Assembly (NCBI GenBank): GCA_015680685.1
Contig: MNCI01002795.1
Location: 63,613-127,612, forward strand
DNA length: 64,000 bases
Direction: 5' to 3'
From: Gnetum montanum
Lineage: Eukaryota; Plantae; Gnetophyta
Shown in pieces: positions 52,396 to 64,000 of this stretch. Position 1 is the first letter of the stretch. The number at the start of each line of letters is the position of its first letter. The notes below the pieces were generated by a model. That model worked only from the letters and a program-made list of their open reading frames with translations. It ran no database searches and was not told the origin of the DNA. The position numbers and the translations under genes were made by a program.

Positions 52396-52579
52396 AGTAT
52401 GCAACATGGTTTTCTATTAGTAAATAACTACATTCAATTACATTTTGTTCTCTTATTTAACAAGTGTATCTATCATATTTATGTTTTTTAAAATATTATA
52501 TATTTTTCATTCATATAATGATGATTATTGTACTTTTTGATATGCATTATTGATATCATTAAATTCAAAAATTAGTTAT

Positions 52580-53800
52580 CATGTTTGATGAATTGAAATA
52601 AAGATATAATTAGCTAATACATGTATTGGGAATACTTTTAGATATAAATTTAAAAATAGAAAGAAGAAACATAGTTATATTGCATCTAAATAGAATATTT
52701 TTGAAGTATATGCATTTGTCAAATGCAAATGAACTAAGAAAGTACGAACAAAAATAGGATGTCTTGCAAGTATTACTATATTTGACTTGTTGTGTATGAG
52801 TTTCTCATTTAATTGAAGAAGGAAGGAATTGAATACACATCCTGATCTTTAGCAGAGTTAGCTAATGTAGAAAGAATAGTATATTACCTCATCAAGGATC
52901 TTGATTCTAAACCTAAATTTATCTAGTGTCAAACACAATGCCAAAAACTTTATCACAAGGGTACTATGATTCCAATTTTGTAAAAGCCTTTACAATGCTT
53001 TTTCAAGACATATGGTAATTAATATAAATGAGAGGATGTTGCAACAGTTGATGATACATATGATAAACTTCTTGATGAGCATAAAGGAAACTTTATTTTA
53101 AGTCATCAAATATGATTTGAATAATGATATAGATGACTACCTACTTAGGAAGTTAGTGCAATCTATTGTAAATTCTATTAGTGATAAATTCAACATTAAG
53201 GAGTTATTAAGTTCCAATTAATAACTTGTATATATTATTCAATGTTTTTATTTTATTTATGATATAGAATATATTATCTTCTTAGGTCATTATGAATAAT
53301 AACATTGTTAATTTCAATTAGGATCTAATGATTACCATTGGATAATGGTCATATTGAATATAGTTATATTGTTATTTAATAATTCTTTTTAGTGATTTAT
53401 TTTATTATTTTAATGAATAAGTTTTATAATAGAAACTATTCATTAGTACAACATAATACTCAATTTAATAAAACCATAATCAATCATTTATAAGGCTATG
53501 GTTATAGGTAAAGGATTCTATATTTTGCAAAGTGATTTTGTAAACCTATTTGGCATGGAAAGATAAATATAGTTATACACCATAATAGAAAATTCAAATC
53601 AGAAGAATATAAAATAATAATTTTTTAGAATAATGTAGTAATGTTAGTTATACAATGAATTTAATATAACATTTTATACTATAGTTCATTTGGTTCAAAT
53701 GAAAATATTCTAAGTATAATGAAAACCTCCCTTCTACATGTATGCACAAGTTTGCCAAATTTTTCTTTACTAAAAATCTCTCATTGATCCCTTTGGTTGC
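52580..53800 (+). mobile_element. Probable Mutator-like (MULE/FAR1-type) transposase remnant
   Basis: KKVRTKIGCLASITI...NTHP (FAR1/WRKY-GCM1-like zinc finger, ~52735-52845). AIYCKFY (CxxH-like, ~53160-53180). WFK*KYSKYNENLPSTCMHKFA (decayed SWIM, ~53690-53757). Heavily eroded, and the DDE residues are not resolved. Confidence 0.4.
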
Positions 53801-53929
53801 GCTAAGTAATCCTACATCCTAAAAAATTTTACAATGTTGTAATGAACAAATAGAATATTTTTGGCTCAAATATGTTCAAGGATTATAATGTTGATCCTTA
53901 TGAACAAATGAATTTTGGATTTGGATGGA

Positions 53930-56900
53930 AGTAGCAATTGACATTAATAAAGTTCACTAAGAGAGAGACTTCTAGACCTTCATGGCCATGGGTAAGGAAG
54001 ACTAAGAGATTTTCTTAGATTATGACATTTTGGAAAGTCAAGTAATCTAGGCAATGGATCAAACATGGGAAAGGCTTTCATAGGCATTAACTCAACCATT
54101 CATTTTATTTATTTGAGCAATCATAGGATCAATTTGAATGGTAAACATATGAATTTTTATGGACTGATAAGTTTGAAATTACATTGCTCTTTCCATCATC
54201 TCTTCTTCTCATTCTTATTATTTTGTTCTTTTTCCTCTTCTTTTCTCTTTTCATTTTATTTTTCCTTTTTTTTTCTCATATCTTATTTTTCTTTTCTTTT
54301 TCCTTTTTCATTATTTTTAATTTCATAGGAAGAGGATTTCTAATGAAGCATGGGAATCATGGGAATGATTGATATGCCAAATCACCACATGAAATCTTCA
54401 ACTTGCACAAACATAAGAATTCATCCCTTACTGCATGGCATGTATAGGTTTAGGAAATCACAAACGTCTTCTAACTCTTATGGCCAAGTAAGACAAGCAC
54501 ATGCATCTTGATCCAATCACACTGATTAGAGCTCTTCAGTGATCACAATGACCCTTGATAACATACCCTTTTCTTACCAATGACCAATGACTCTTTCAAG
54601 ATTCTAGAGCTTCAACACTATTGTGTGAGCCCATTACCTACCCATGATTCTAGTAGTATTAGCTTCAATAGCTTGCAATATGAGTTCTAGCTTCTCGTTG
54701 AATATGAACTTGGTTTACTAGTGATGGGTAGAAGAAAACTAGCTGGATGAATTTATTATATAAACATTCCATTAATCAAGGCTTCACTTTGGAATCATTT
54801 GGCACTCTCTTATGTTCATCACATCTGTAACTCACCCATTCACCATTGGCTTATTAGATGAGCATTCATAAAGTACATCAATTAGCTTTTGCACAAACAT
54901 ACAAACACACTTGAGAAAAGGAAAATATCATAAATGATTAATTATCAAGCTCAAAAATATAAAAAGTACTAACTAAACATACCAACTTTATTAAAACACA
55001 TAAAAAATGGTAGGAAAAAAAGAAAATTCAATATGACATGGAGGTTTCTCCTCCATAACTAATTCATGTCTATCACTTGATAAACCTTTGAGTATAAAAT
55101 ATAAGATTGATCATTATGTACTCTTAGAGGGAAAAGATACTTTCTATAGTACTTTAGGTACTGTCCATTGCTTAAAAAAAGTTTATTTGGTTCGTCTAGA
55201 TGATATATATGTATTGTGCTACACTAATAACTGGTGTCGATGATGTATGATCCTTTCCATTGAAATTAAAATTTATTCAAATGGACTAAGTGTAATGTAT
55301 TAAACAAAGAAACTTCTTACTAGCATTGAAATCAAACTCTTTTGGATGAACATCATGGTTAGCCTTGGTGTAGGAATGTTCTGACTCATTATGCATCAAT
55401 GCAATTCTCATTGAAAAGGTTGAGGTTAATCAACCTATATTTCTAAGCAAAATCTAAGGTGATACCAAAATTCACAACACTACCTAAGTTTTTCATTTCA
55501 AGATCAATAGGTAGTCATAGAACATATATATAGATCAACTCAAATGATGTGTAATCGACATAATTTTTCCATATCATTTGATAAGTCCAAAGAGCATCAT
55601 TAAGTTCATTCATTGATAGGGGTCCTAGTAATTTTAGATCAATGGGATATATCATACAAATCATAGTATGATCTGGTTGTAAGCTTTGAGGATGATATTG
55701 AGTGGATTTCAAAAAATACTTGTGTATATCATTACATTCAATAAATATAAAAGATATTATAATACATATTATACATATGGTATAGTTAAAACCCATGTTG
55801 CCATAGTGTGAGGTTGAGGAAATATTTATAATTTCATGTTTTATAATTTTTATGGCTTTTATAATTATAAAAAATAAACAAACAATAATAAACACATACG
55901 CATTACAATCCCACCTAAAGATAGGGGTAATGCTCATGTTGCAATCTCTCAAGAGACAGATGTAACACTACACACATACATACAAACATGCAAATACAAA
56001 TAGCAATCCCTCAAGAGACAGATGCAACATTGCAGACATACAAATAGAAATAAAATGGTTCTTAGTCATAACCTTGATGGCCCCACACCATGCCATACAG
56101 TTGTGACCTCCTTAGGTAAGGTTGAATCATCATAGTTTATGAAAAAAAGAAATGAATAAATATTTTTATGGTTCTAATGTTTTAAAATATTTTTGGTATT
56201 TTAATGTTTAAGGCATCAATGGTGCAAAAAATGAGGAAAAATCATAAGCTTTATTTACTGCACAAATACTAGACTTCACATTGACCAAATAATTCTAGGT
56301 ACCATAAGCATGGCAGCACTTTGACAATGTCTAGTCATACTTGTGAAAATGATAACTCAAAACACACATAAAAGAGGAAAGGAATCACTTAACTAAGTGA
56401 GGAAGAGCTCTTCATACAAAATAAAATGCTAAAAGATAAAGGAAAATTCTTGGAATCAAGTTCATTTTGTATGAAGCTCATCCTAGATATTTGTAGTTTT
56501 TGCAACACAATGATAGGGGTTTACTAGTACCCTAGTATCAATGGAGGTTCATTAGCGTAGTCAAGGCATTCTAAAACATACCCAAGAAGGAAAAAATGCA
56601 AAGCACTCAAACTAGGATATTAAGAGGGATGTGTTAGTGTCCTTACGTTAACACAGGGAGGGCACTGGTGCAAGGAAACCAATGCATCCCTACCATCATA
56701 CTTCACCTTCATTTTCCAAGATAAAAGCTAGGATGCCTAGTAACATATCGGAGCCTTTCAAGGATCTTTGAAAGAAGCTAGAAACTTCTTGAGAAGCTCA
56801 AATCATGCTTCAAATCTATAAATTTGAACTAGAAGGCAATGATGAAAATCTAGAACATAGAAATCTCAATCATGCATGTGAAAATCACAAACACTATATG

Positions 56901-59900
56901 CATGAGACATATCATGAATTTAGAGCTTACAATTGACTTACAAAATGTCACTAGATGACTCATCATTGGCCCAATCTCATATGTACCTATAAATCATCTA
57001 ATTATTCTAATAATTCCATTGTTAATAACTATTAATTGGCCATTTACCTACAAATGATAAGGAGAAGTTGATTTATGGTTAACTCCATAAGATTATGATA
57101 AATTCTTGAAAACCTTGCTAGTAAAGTGTGTATCATTATCAAAGATCAAGATTCAAGGAATATCAATCTTGTGGAGCACATTATTTCCAAGGAAGTTTTT
57201 TGTAGTGGTAGATGAATAATCCTTAATAGTAGTAGCTTCTATCCATTTCATGCAATAATTTCTGCATATAACTATGTATGTATTACTACTAAATATCAAA
57301 GACATGGGATCGATGAAGTTAATCCCTCATACATTGAAGGGTTCTATTGATTGGATCTATTACTATTGTCCCTCCATATGGAAGGATATACCTTCCTTGC
57401 ATTAGCACTTATCAAAGTAATACACAAAGTATTGAGCATCATAAAACATGGTGGGCTAAAAATAGTCTACAAGATCCTCTTTCTAGTGTAGTACCCACCA
57501 CATACACCATGGTACATATAAGCCAAGATGACAGCTTAGCTTTCTTTTGGAACACACCACCTTAAGAGGCCATCAGGGTATCTCTTGCAGAGATGCTCTT
57601 TGAGAACAAAGTAGGGCCTCACCTAGTGCTAGAATCATTCACCTAGAAGAAATCTTTAATCCCACCAAGTAATTAAGAATCTCCATGAATCATGGGAATT
57701 CATGTCCTCCACTCTTTGATTTGAAAATAACCTTACAAATGTGATCATTTGAAAATTCATTAAAAATCTTATCTTCTACCTTATTTCCAATTTGCAATTG
57801 TGATAGATGATCTTCCACCACATTCTTAGCTCCCTTGCAATTAATCATATGAAGATCAAATTCCTACAAAATAACCAATCATCAAATTATACGGGAATTG
57901 AAATCTAATTTTTTTATGAGATACTAAATGTCATTATGATCAATGTGGATGAATATTTTACATGTAAGAACACAATGCTTCAATTTTTGTAGCTCAAAAA
58001 TTATGGCTATCAAGTTGTTTTCAGTGATGATGTAGTTTAGTTGAGGCTCCACAATGCTTCGACTAGCATAGTGGATATAGTAGGGTCTCTTCTTCTCATC
58101 AAATTGCATTAGGACATCACCCAATGTAAAATTAGAAGCATCTATCATTATATGAGAAGGTTGATTTTATTTGGACTATAGAATATCAAAGTTTATATTA
58201 GTCTTTCCTTCAGATATTTGAAGGCATTTTCACATTATTTGCATAAGAAGAATAAAATTTATTTCTATGTGAGCTTAAATAAAACCTAGCTATTCTATAA
58301 TAATCTTTAATTAATCAATGATAGTAGCCTGTGTGACCAAGGAAATATTGCACCTCTTTAAATTTCATAGGAATTTATGTAATTTTTTTAATAGTGTAGA
58401 TCTTGTCAAGACCAACTTCAATCCTATTTTTGAAAACTTTTTGCCTAAAAACAATGTCCTGAACCATCGTCAATTGGATCTTCTTCTAGTTTAGCTTCAA
58501 TTTCACTTAGTAACAATGGTTTAGAATAGTTTCAAATCAGTCTAAGGCTTCTTGAATTTTTTTATCATTAAGTGATAAAATTATCCATGAAGACTTCCAT
58601 ACTCTTGCTAATGTAATCTTGGAACACAAACATCAATATCCATTAAAATGTGGTTGGTGCATTGCATAATCCAAATAGCATATGCTTGAAGGCAAAAGTT
58701 CCCCATAAATAAATGAAGGAATTTTTTCCTTGATCCTTTATTATAATGTTGATCTAATTGTAATTAGAGTACTCATCACAAAAGTTGTGGTACTCCTAGC
58801 TAGAGATGTTAATGAATTTCTAGTCCAAAAATGATAATGAAAAATGATCCTTAAAGGTGGCAGCATTCGACAACCTATAGTCAATAAAAACTCTACATTC
58901 GTTGCCTTTCTTAGGTATGACTATAGTTAGACTAATCCACTCATTATTAGAAATAGAACTAATGAAATCAGTTCATGGGAGATAGATTATTTCTCTTTTT
59001 ACCATATCCTACATATTATGATTGAGTATCCATTTAATTATCCACTGAGGTCTAATGCTTGGATCCATATATAGGTAGTGCTAATAGATAGAAGATTCAA
59101 TTTTCATGAGTTCATCATGGGACCAATCAAAGTCTTTTTATCATTTTACAACTACCTTTTTTAGTTCAATATTTTCGATAGTTATCAATGAGTATGACCA
59201 TTAATGAGGAACAAGTTCTTCAACCCTTGGTGTAAGAATATTTTGGGATAAGTCAAGAGTGTTCCAAATTTTAGGATTATATTGCAATGTTGTAATAACC
59301 TTCATTATATTCTCTATTTTCAAATTAGATGATTCAACATCAAATAAGATAATATGAGCAATTGGTCTTTTAAAGATATGATTTGTGGCTTTATGGACCA
59401 AAATTTCTTCAAGGAAATTTACATCTTTGATGATACAAAGATGCTCTGTGATATAGCTTTACAACCATGTTTGCAACATGACTAGAAAGGATCACATGAG
59501 GTCCAATTATACCTTTCCTACCAATTACAACATGAAGATCTTGGAACACTATCTTCACATCAATGATGCATAGCTAGGCTCTTCTCATGATGATAATGAG
59601 GTTGTCTCTCATCTCGTTCTTCAGTTTCATCACTACGAAGTCTATAGGATATGACCATTCTATGAAAGTTATCATTACGTCAATTACCTATATCATAAGA
59701 TATGTGTAGGATTGGTCTACTAGCTCTAACCTAATGTTAGTACTCTTGAGAGATAAAAGTCCTCAATCAAAGTACTGCTACAATGAGATGATCTTGACTC
59801 TTGAACCAGAATTATAAAGAGCTACATAATAACCTTTCTCATAAATCTAAATCTCCATCATGGGATTGTCAAGATATAATTTATTTTCAAGTAGATGATC

Positions 59901-61117
59901 TTCTTTTAGCACTTGAGTGATTTTCTTAGACATGCTAATGGTCATGAGACCAATGCCATTGAGTACCATCATGTTTGACTTGCCATATGTTGTTAAATAA
60001 ATTTCTTTCCAAAGTGGACGTGTCATTTTATTAGCATTCAGGAAATAGTATTAGGACCTCCTTGATGTAAATTCTTGCTCTACTTGCATTATTATCCTCT
60101 CCATAGGACAAAGAGGATGGAGTGAACCTAGTTCAACAACACTTATGTCTACACCTAAGATAGAATTTATTACTATCAGAGCTCAAATTTTCCTTTACAA
60201 CCATATTAATAAGGGTCTAGTAATATTGTCCCATCATATACATGAATGCTAGATCAACATAATAGGTAATATCATAGAATTTGATTTTCCTTAGTTGTAG
60301 TTGACTAGGTATCCCAAATTTTATGAGATTAGGTAGTAGAAGCTAATGTTATTGTTGAGAAGCTTGTAAGAAAATATTGATCAGCACAAGTAGGTACTAT
60401 TGATATGTCATCTATGGATATGAATAAGTACCTACTTAGATACCTTGAGAGTACGAGTTAGAAGGAAATATCATCTATTGTTGTATCAAAGTTGGAAAAT
60501 TCCATGGAGCAACACCCCAATGATTTTGAGTTTGTCACTATTGGTACTACTACATGGACTATGAGTACATACCTCCAAGATAGTATGCTTAGCCAAAGTA
60601 AGAAGTCCTTCTTGTTTTCCTTCTAATGAACATAGGATTCAAAGGCATTCTAGGTTGTGTCATTTCACCAAGCATGTGAGCCATGACTAGGTAACACTAT
60701 GAGTTATAAGGATCCATGCAATATGCACAGAACCATTATCATTGAAGGATGAGAAAACCTCATCTAAATCCTCCCTTATGCTCTTAGAGAAAGAAAGGTT
60801 CCCCTTACCCTTGTCTTGATACTTATTTCTACATTCAAGTGGTACAATTGCTTTAGTTATAGCTTCAACCATTCTATCCAAAATGTCCTTAAGAATTGTG
60901 ACCATTTTCTCATTAATCGCATCTCAAATTTGGTCCACCTAGTGGATCAAGTCTATTAAGGTTTTATGGGTTTTAACTTGACCTCATGCTAAAACCTTAA
61001 TAGTGGTAGGAGGTTTAGCAATACCTTCAATGATTTTTATCTTTTTTCTATACATGGGATTGTGATTATACTCCTTAAATAACTATTTTTTCCACCATTC
61101 ATCTTCCATGTTAACTA
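53930..61117 (-). mobile_element. Athila-like Gypsy internal region (gag, PR, RT, RH, INT, 3' UTR), degenerate and interrupted
   Basis: Protease ALYNSGSRVKII...PIDFVVM (~59640-59825). RT VFIDYR, GTFAFKHMLFGLCNAPTTF, MEVFMDN (~58580-58900). RNase H DASNFTLGDVL...IHYASR (57924-58148). Integrase GVNHKSTSPYH...NGQ (~57035-57090) and LNDALW...(55150-55613). Confidence 0.88.
55614..56965 (+). repeat. Solo LTR (or LTR composite) nested in the integrase
   Basis: TGATA...CATCA termini. Removing it restores integrase DWANELNDALW on the minus strand. It shares a ~150 bp block (56056-56225) with the LTR at 61176-61320. Confidence 0.7.
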
Positions 61118-64000
61118 TGATGTCAAGGAGCAACTAAGGAAGGTACGTATAACACCAAACATAAAAAGCAATAAATGGCTCTTAGTTACAACCTTGATGG
61201 CCCAACACCATGATGTATAGTGATGATCTCATTAAACATGGATAAATCATTGTAGCTTGATGAAATAGAAATGAATTAAATATTTCTAGTATTTCTCATA
61301 TTTTTAGGCATCCATAGTGGTGAGTTGCATTTGGTTGGTTGCATCGACAAGGCTTCATTTACATGGCCTCGTCAACTAGGCCTTGTCAACAAGGCCTATT
61401 CATCGACAAGGCCTAGTTGACGCATCATATCATGCATCAACGAGGCCCCATCAATGTAGTGTCAATTCTTAGCTATAAATATGTGCCCACCAGCTACATT
61501 TATGACATAATAGATTGTAGTTGTAGCGAAGCTCTTGTAGTTTTTCCATTTGAAATTTAGAATTTTTCTCCCAAGTGCCTGCAACAAGAGTCATTGAGTG
61601 TATGGATCTTTATTCGAGCATTATTATACCTAAGCACAATAGTGTGTGCAAAAATAAGATAAACTTTCTGATAAACCTTATAGCACTATAGATAGATTAA
61701 ATATTTCATTCATGCATTTAATGTTTCTAATTATTTATTTAAGTCTTTCAATTATTTATTAAATATTTCTAGTAATTAAGTTAATGAAGCAATTAAGCAA
61801 GATAGATTAAACACATAAGTACGACCACTTCAAGTGTAACACATATTCGCTTGGTAATCCTAGCACTTGGGTTCATGGGTTCATGACATGTATGGAAAGT
61901 GGGACTGGATGCTTACATTAAGACTAGTTGAATGCTAGTTGGTTAGTTAGTTTAAATTAGTTAATCCAATCACTTTTATCTCTATTTGAACATCAAACCA
62001 TAAAAATAGCAAATGATAAAAATCAAATGCCTCAGTTACACTTAACCACACCAATGTACATTACAAGTGTAATTAGGAAGACAACAATTAACCTTAAGGC
62101 AAGATTCACTTTCTAGAAGACTCATGCATTGAAAATGATAAAGTCCATGGAATTAAACTAGATTGCACATGAATGCTTTGTGATTCATATGGTTGGATGT
62201 AGGGGTACCTCATTGTTCATCATTGGTGCCATTGCTAGGAACTTTGTTTGTTGAAACATGTGCTATTTAGGTTTAAGTGAATACCATTAATATCATTGTA
62301 TGAATCTCAAGGTCAATATCATTTCCACTATACATATAATTATAAAAGCACAATAATAATTTTATTTTTCTTTGCAAAATGTCTTCTTCTTCTCACAAGC
62401 ATGAAGATGTTAAACCACCAATCCCATAGGAATTCAAAGTGGTATATACTCATTCAAATGACTATGTACCAAACTTCACCTTCATCCTACATTAGGATGA
62501 ACAGGTGTGATGGAATGATATGGAGGGTAACATTGTATCCCCCCACAATCGATCTATGCTAGGGATGTTGCTTCAAACTCTTAAGAAGTTGGGTATCTTA
62601 GATCTTCATGAAGAATACGCTGTGAATGGATATGACACTTGAAACTACTATCCCACTGAAACACAACATAAGTGAAATTAACATCAAGAGAAGCTCCATG
62701 AAGCTATAAAGAAGAAACATTATACTAATCCCTTATTCCTACTAAATCAAGATGACAATGAGGATCCTCCTACTAATGGTTTTCAACATGAAGATTCTCC
62801 ACTCCTTAATACTCGTGATGAGGGTGTGAACCTAAACCTATGATCCACTATTCATAAACTACATTCATGAAAGAGTGATAGCCAAGGTAGGGACTCAAGC
62901 AAGCATCACAATAGCAAGGAATTTAAGGATGGTGATCATACTAAATGAAAAAGTTATGGTGGACATCATGGTGGCAGTGTCAATCCACCTTCCTTGTCAT
63001 CCTCCTCATCTAATTCTGAACATTCCTCTTCATCTGATGATTCTCATAGAAGCTTCCATCAAAATAATCATGATAAAGGTGATCAACATGAGAAAAAATG
63101 ATCATAAAGGCCATCAATACTGAAGGGGTGGCTAAATCCATCATCAGCATCATCAACATAGTGATGATGATGAACCTCTATTAGCGACTCGAAGTATGCT
63201 CAACATTGTAGAGGCAATTAAAATTTTAGCTAATCATATGAAAGATAGTCGAATCAAGTGCTTAGACATGAATAATATCACAAGATTTGAGGGAGGATAT
63301 AATTCTAATCTGCAAACACATCTACAAGCTTTCCATGATGCATGTGCCTTATAGAACATAGAAAATGAGTGATAGAAACTCAAGCCTTTTCCAAAGACAC
63401 TCATAAAAGAAGATGAAAGTTGGTACCAGTCCTTGGAATAGGAATCTATTCACAGATGAAGTACCATGTTAGAGCTATTTAATGAAAAATATCAAATGTA
63501 CTCTAGAGTGTCTAATCTAAGAAGGAAAATCCAAGGCTAGAAATAGGGAACACATGAACCTTTGGATGCTACCATGGGTAGGTACTATTCTCTCTTACAC
63601 CAATGCCCTAGCCATGATTATTCTCAAAGGGAACAACTTCACCACATCATAGATGGGCTTAAAGTAGAAACTAGAAGAACTCTTGGGGTGTTTGCCTAAG
63701 GGAGATTTTCTAAACTAAGAGCTCATTAAATCCAAAGGCTAATTAAGCAAGTAGCAAAAGAAGAAGATGAGCTACAAAAAAGGGAAAGTGCATAAGAGTA
63801 TAATAGGGACCCTTCCATCAAGAAATGGGAGGTCTGATTTTGTGACAAGGAGGAGTCACCACTTGATGAAGTGGTAAATAGGAAAACCTTGCCCATCCAA
63901 AAATCTGTTTCTAACATTTCAGTAAATGTTAACAAATTATGGGACTTTTGGCATGAAAAATTTCAAACCACTATGAAGATTGCTAAAGAATCTGAAGGGC
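61118..64000 (+). mobile_element. Athila-like Gypsy element: 5' LTR (61118-62222), PBS and gag, continuing beyond the window
   Basis: LTR termini TGATG...CATCA. TATA CTATAAATA at ~61473. PBS TGGTGCCATTGCTAGGA at 62224, a decayed TGGCGCCGTTGCCGGGG. Gag FEGG...THLQAFHDAC...KLKPFPKTL...WYQSL...SI and LLHQCPSH (63270-63660). Confidence 0.85.

Noticed and set aside
54065-54372. Phe/Leu-rich ORFs as env-like membrane proteins
   Set aside because: They result from a T-rich low-complexity tract in a retroelement 3' UTR.

Overview
AT-rich, transposon-dense land-plant genomic DNA with no intact protein-coding gene that I can support. The only host gene is a frameshifted, 3'-truncated cysteine-rich receptor-like kinase (double DUF26 CRK) pseudogene at about 25.8-27.9 kb, with a CpG-retaining, W-box-containing upstream region. 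The rest is decayed mobile DNA. From left to right: (i) an Ogre/Tat-like gag-protease unit (minus) converging on an intron-rich accessory gene (plus), bracketed by two inverted homologous LTR-like segments (0.4-14.9 kb); (ii) a tandem array of roughly 0.9 kb units; (iii) Sirevirus-like and Athila-like fragments; (iv) an RTE/RTEX-like LINE; (v) a complete two-LTR non-autonomous Tat-like element with TSD (28870-38000); (vi) a chromovirus Gypsy whose long 5' leader holds an antisense, intron-rich plant-mobile-domain (PMD)-like gene; (vii) Ulp1-protease and probable MULE-transposase remnants; (viii) nested Athila-like elements. The most interesting signal is that two different Gypsy lineages each sit next to a spliced accessory gene antisense to gag. 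All family assignments come from motifs translated by eye, not from database searches, and boundaries of degenerate elements are approximate.
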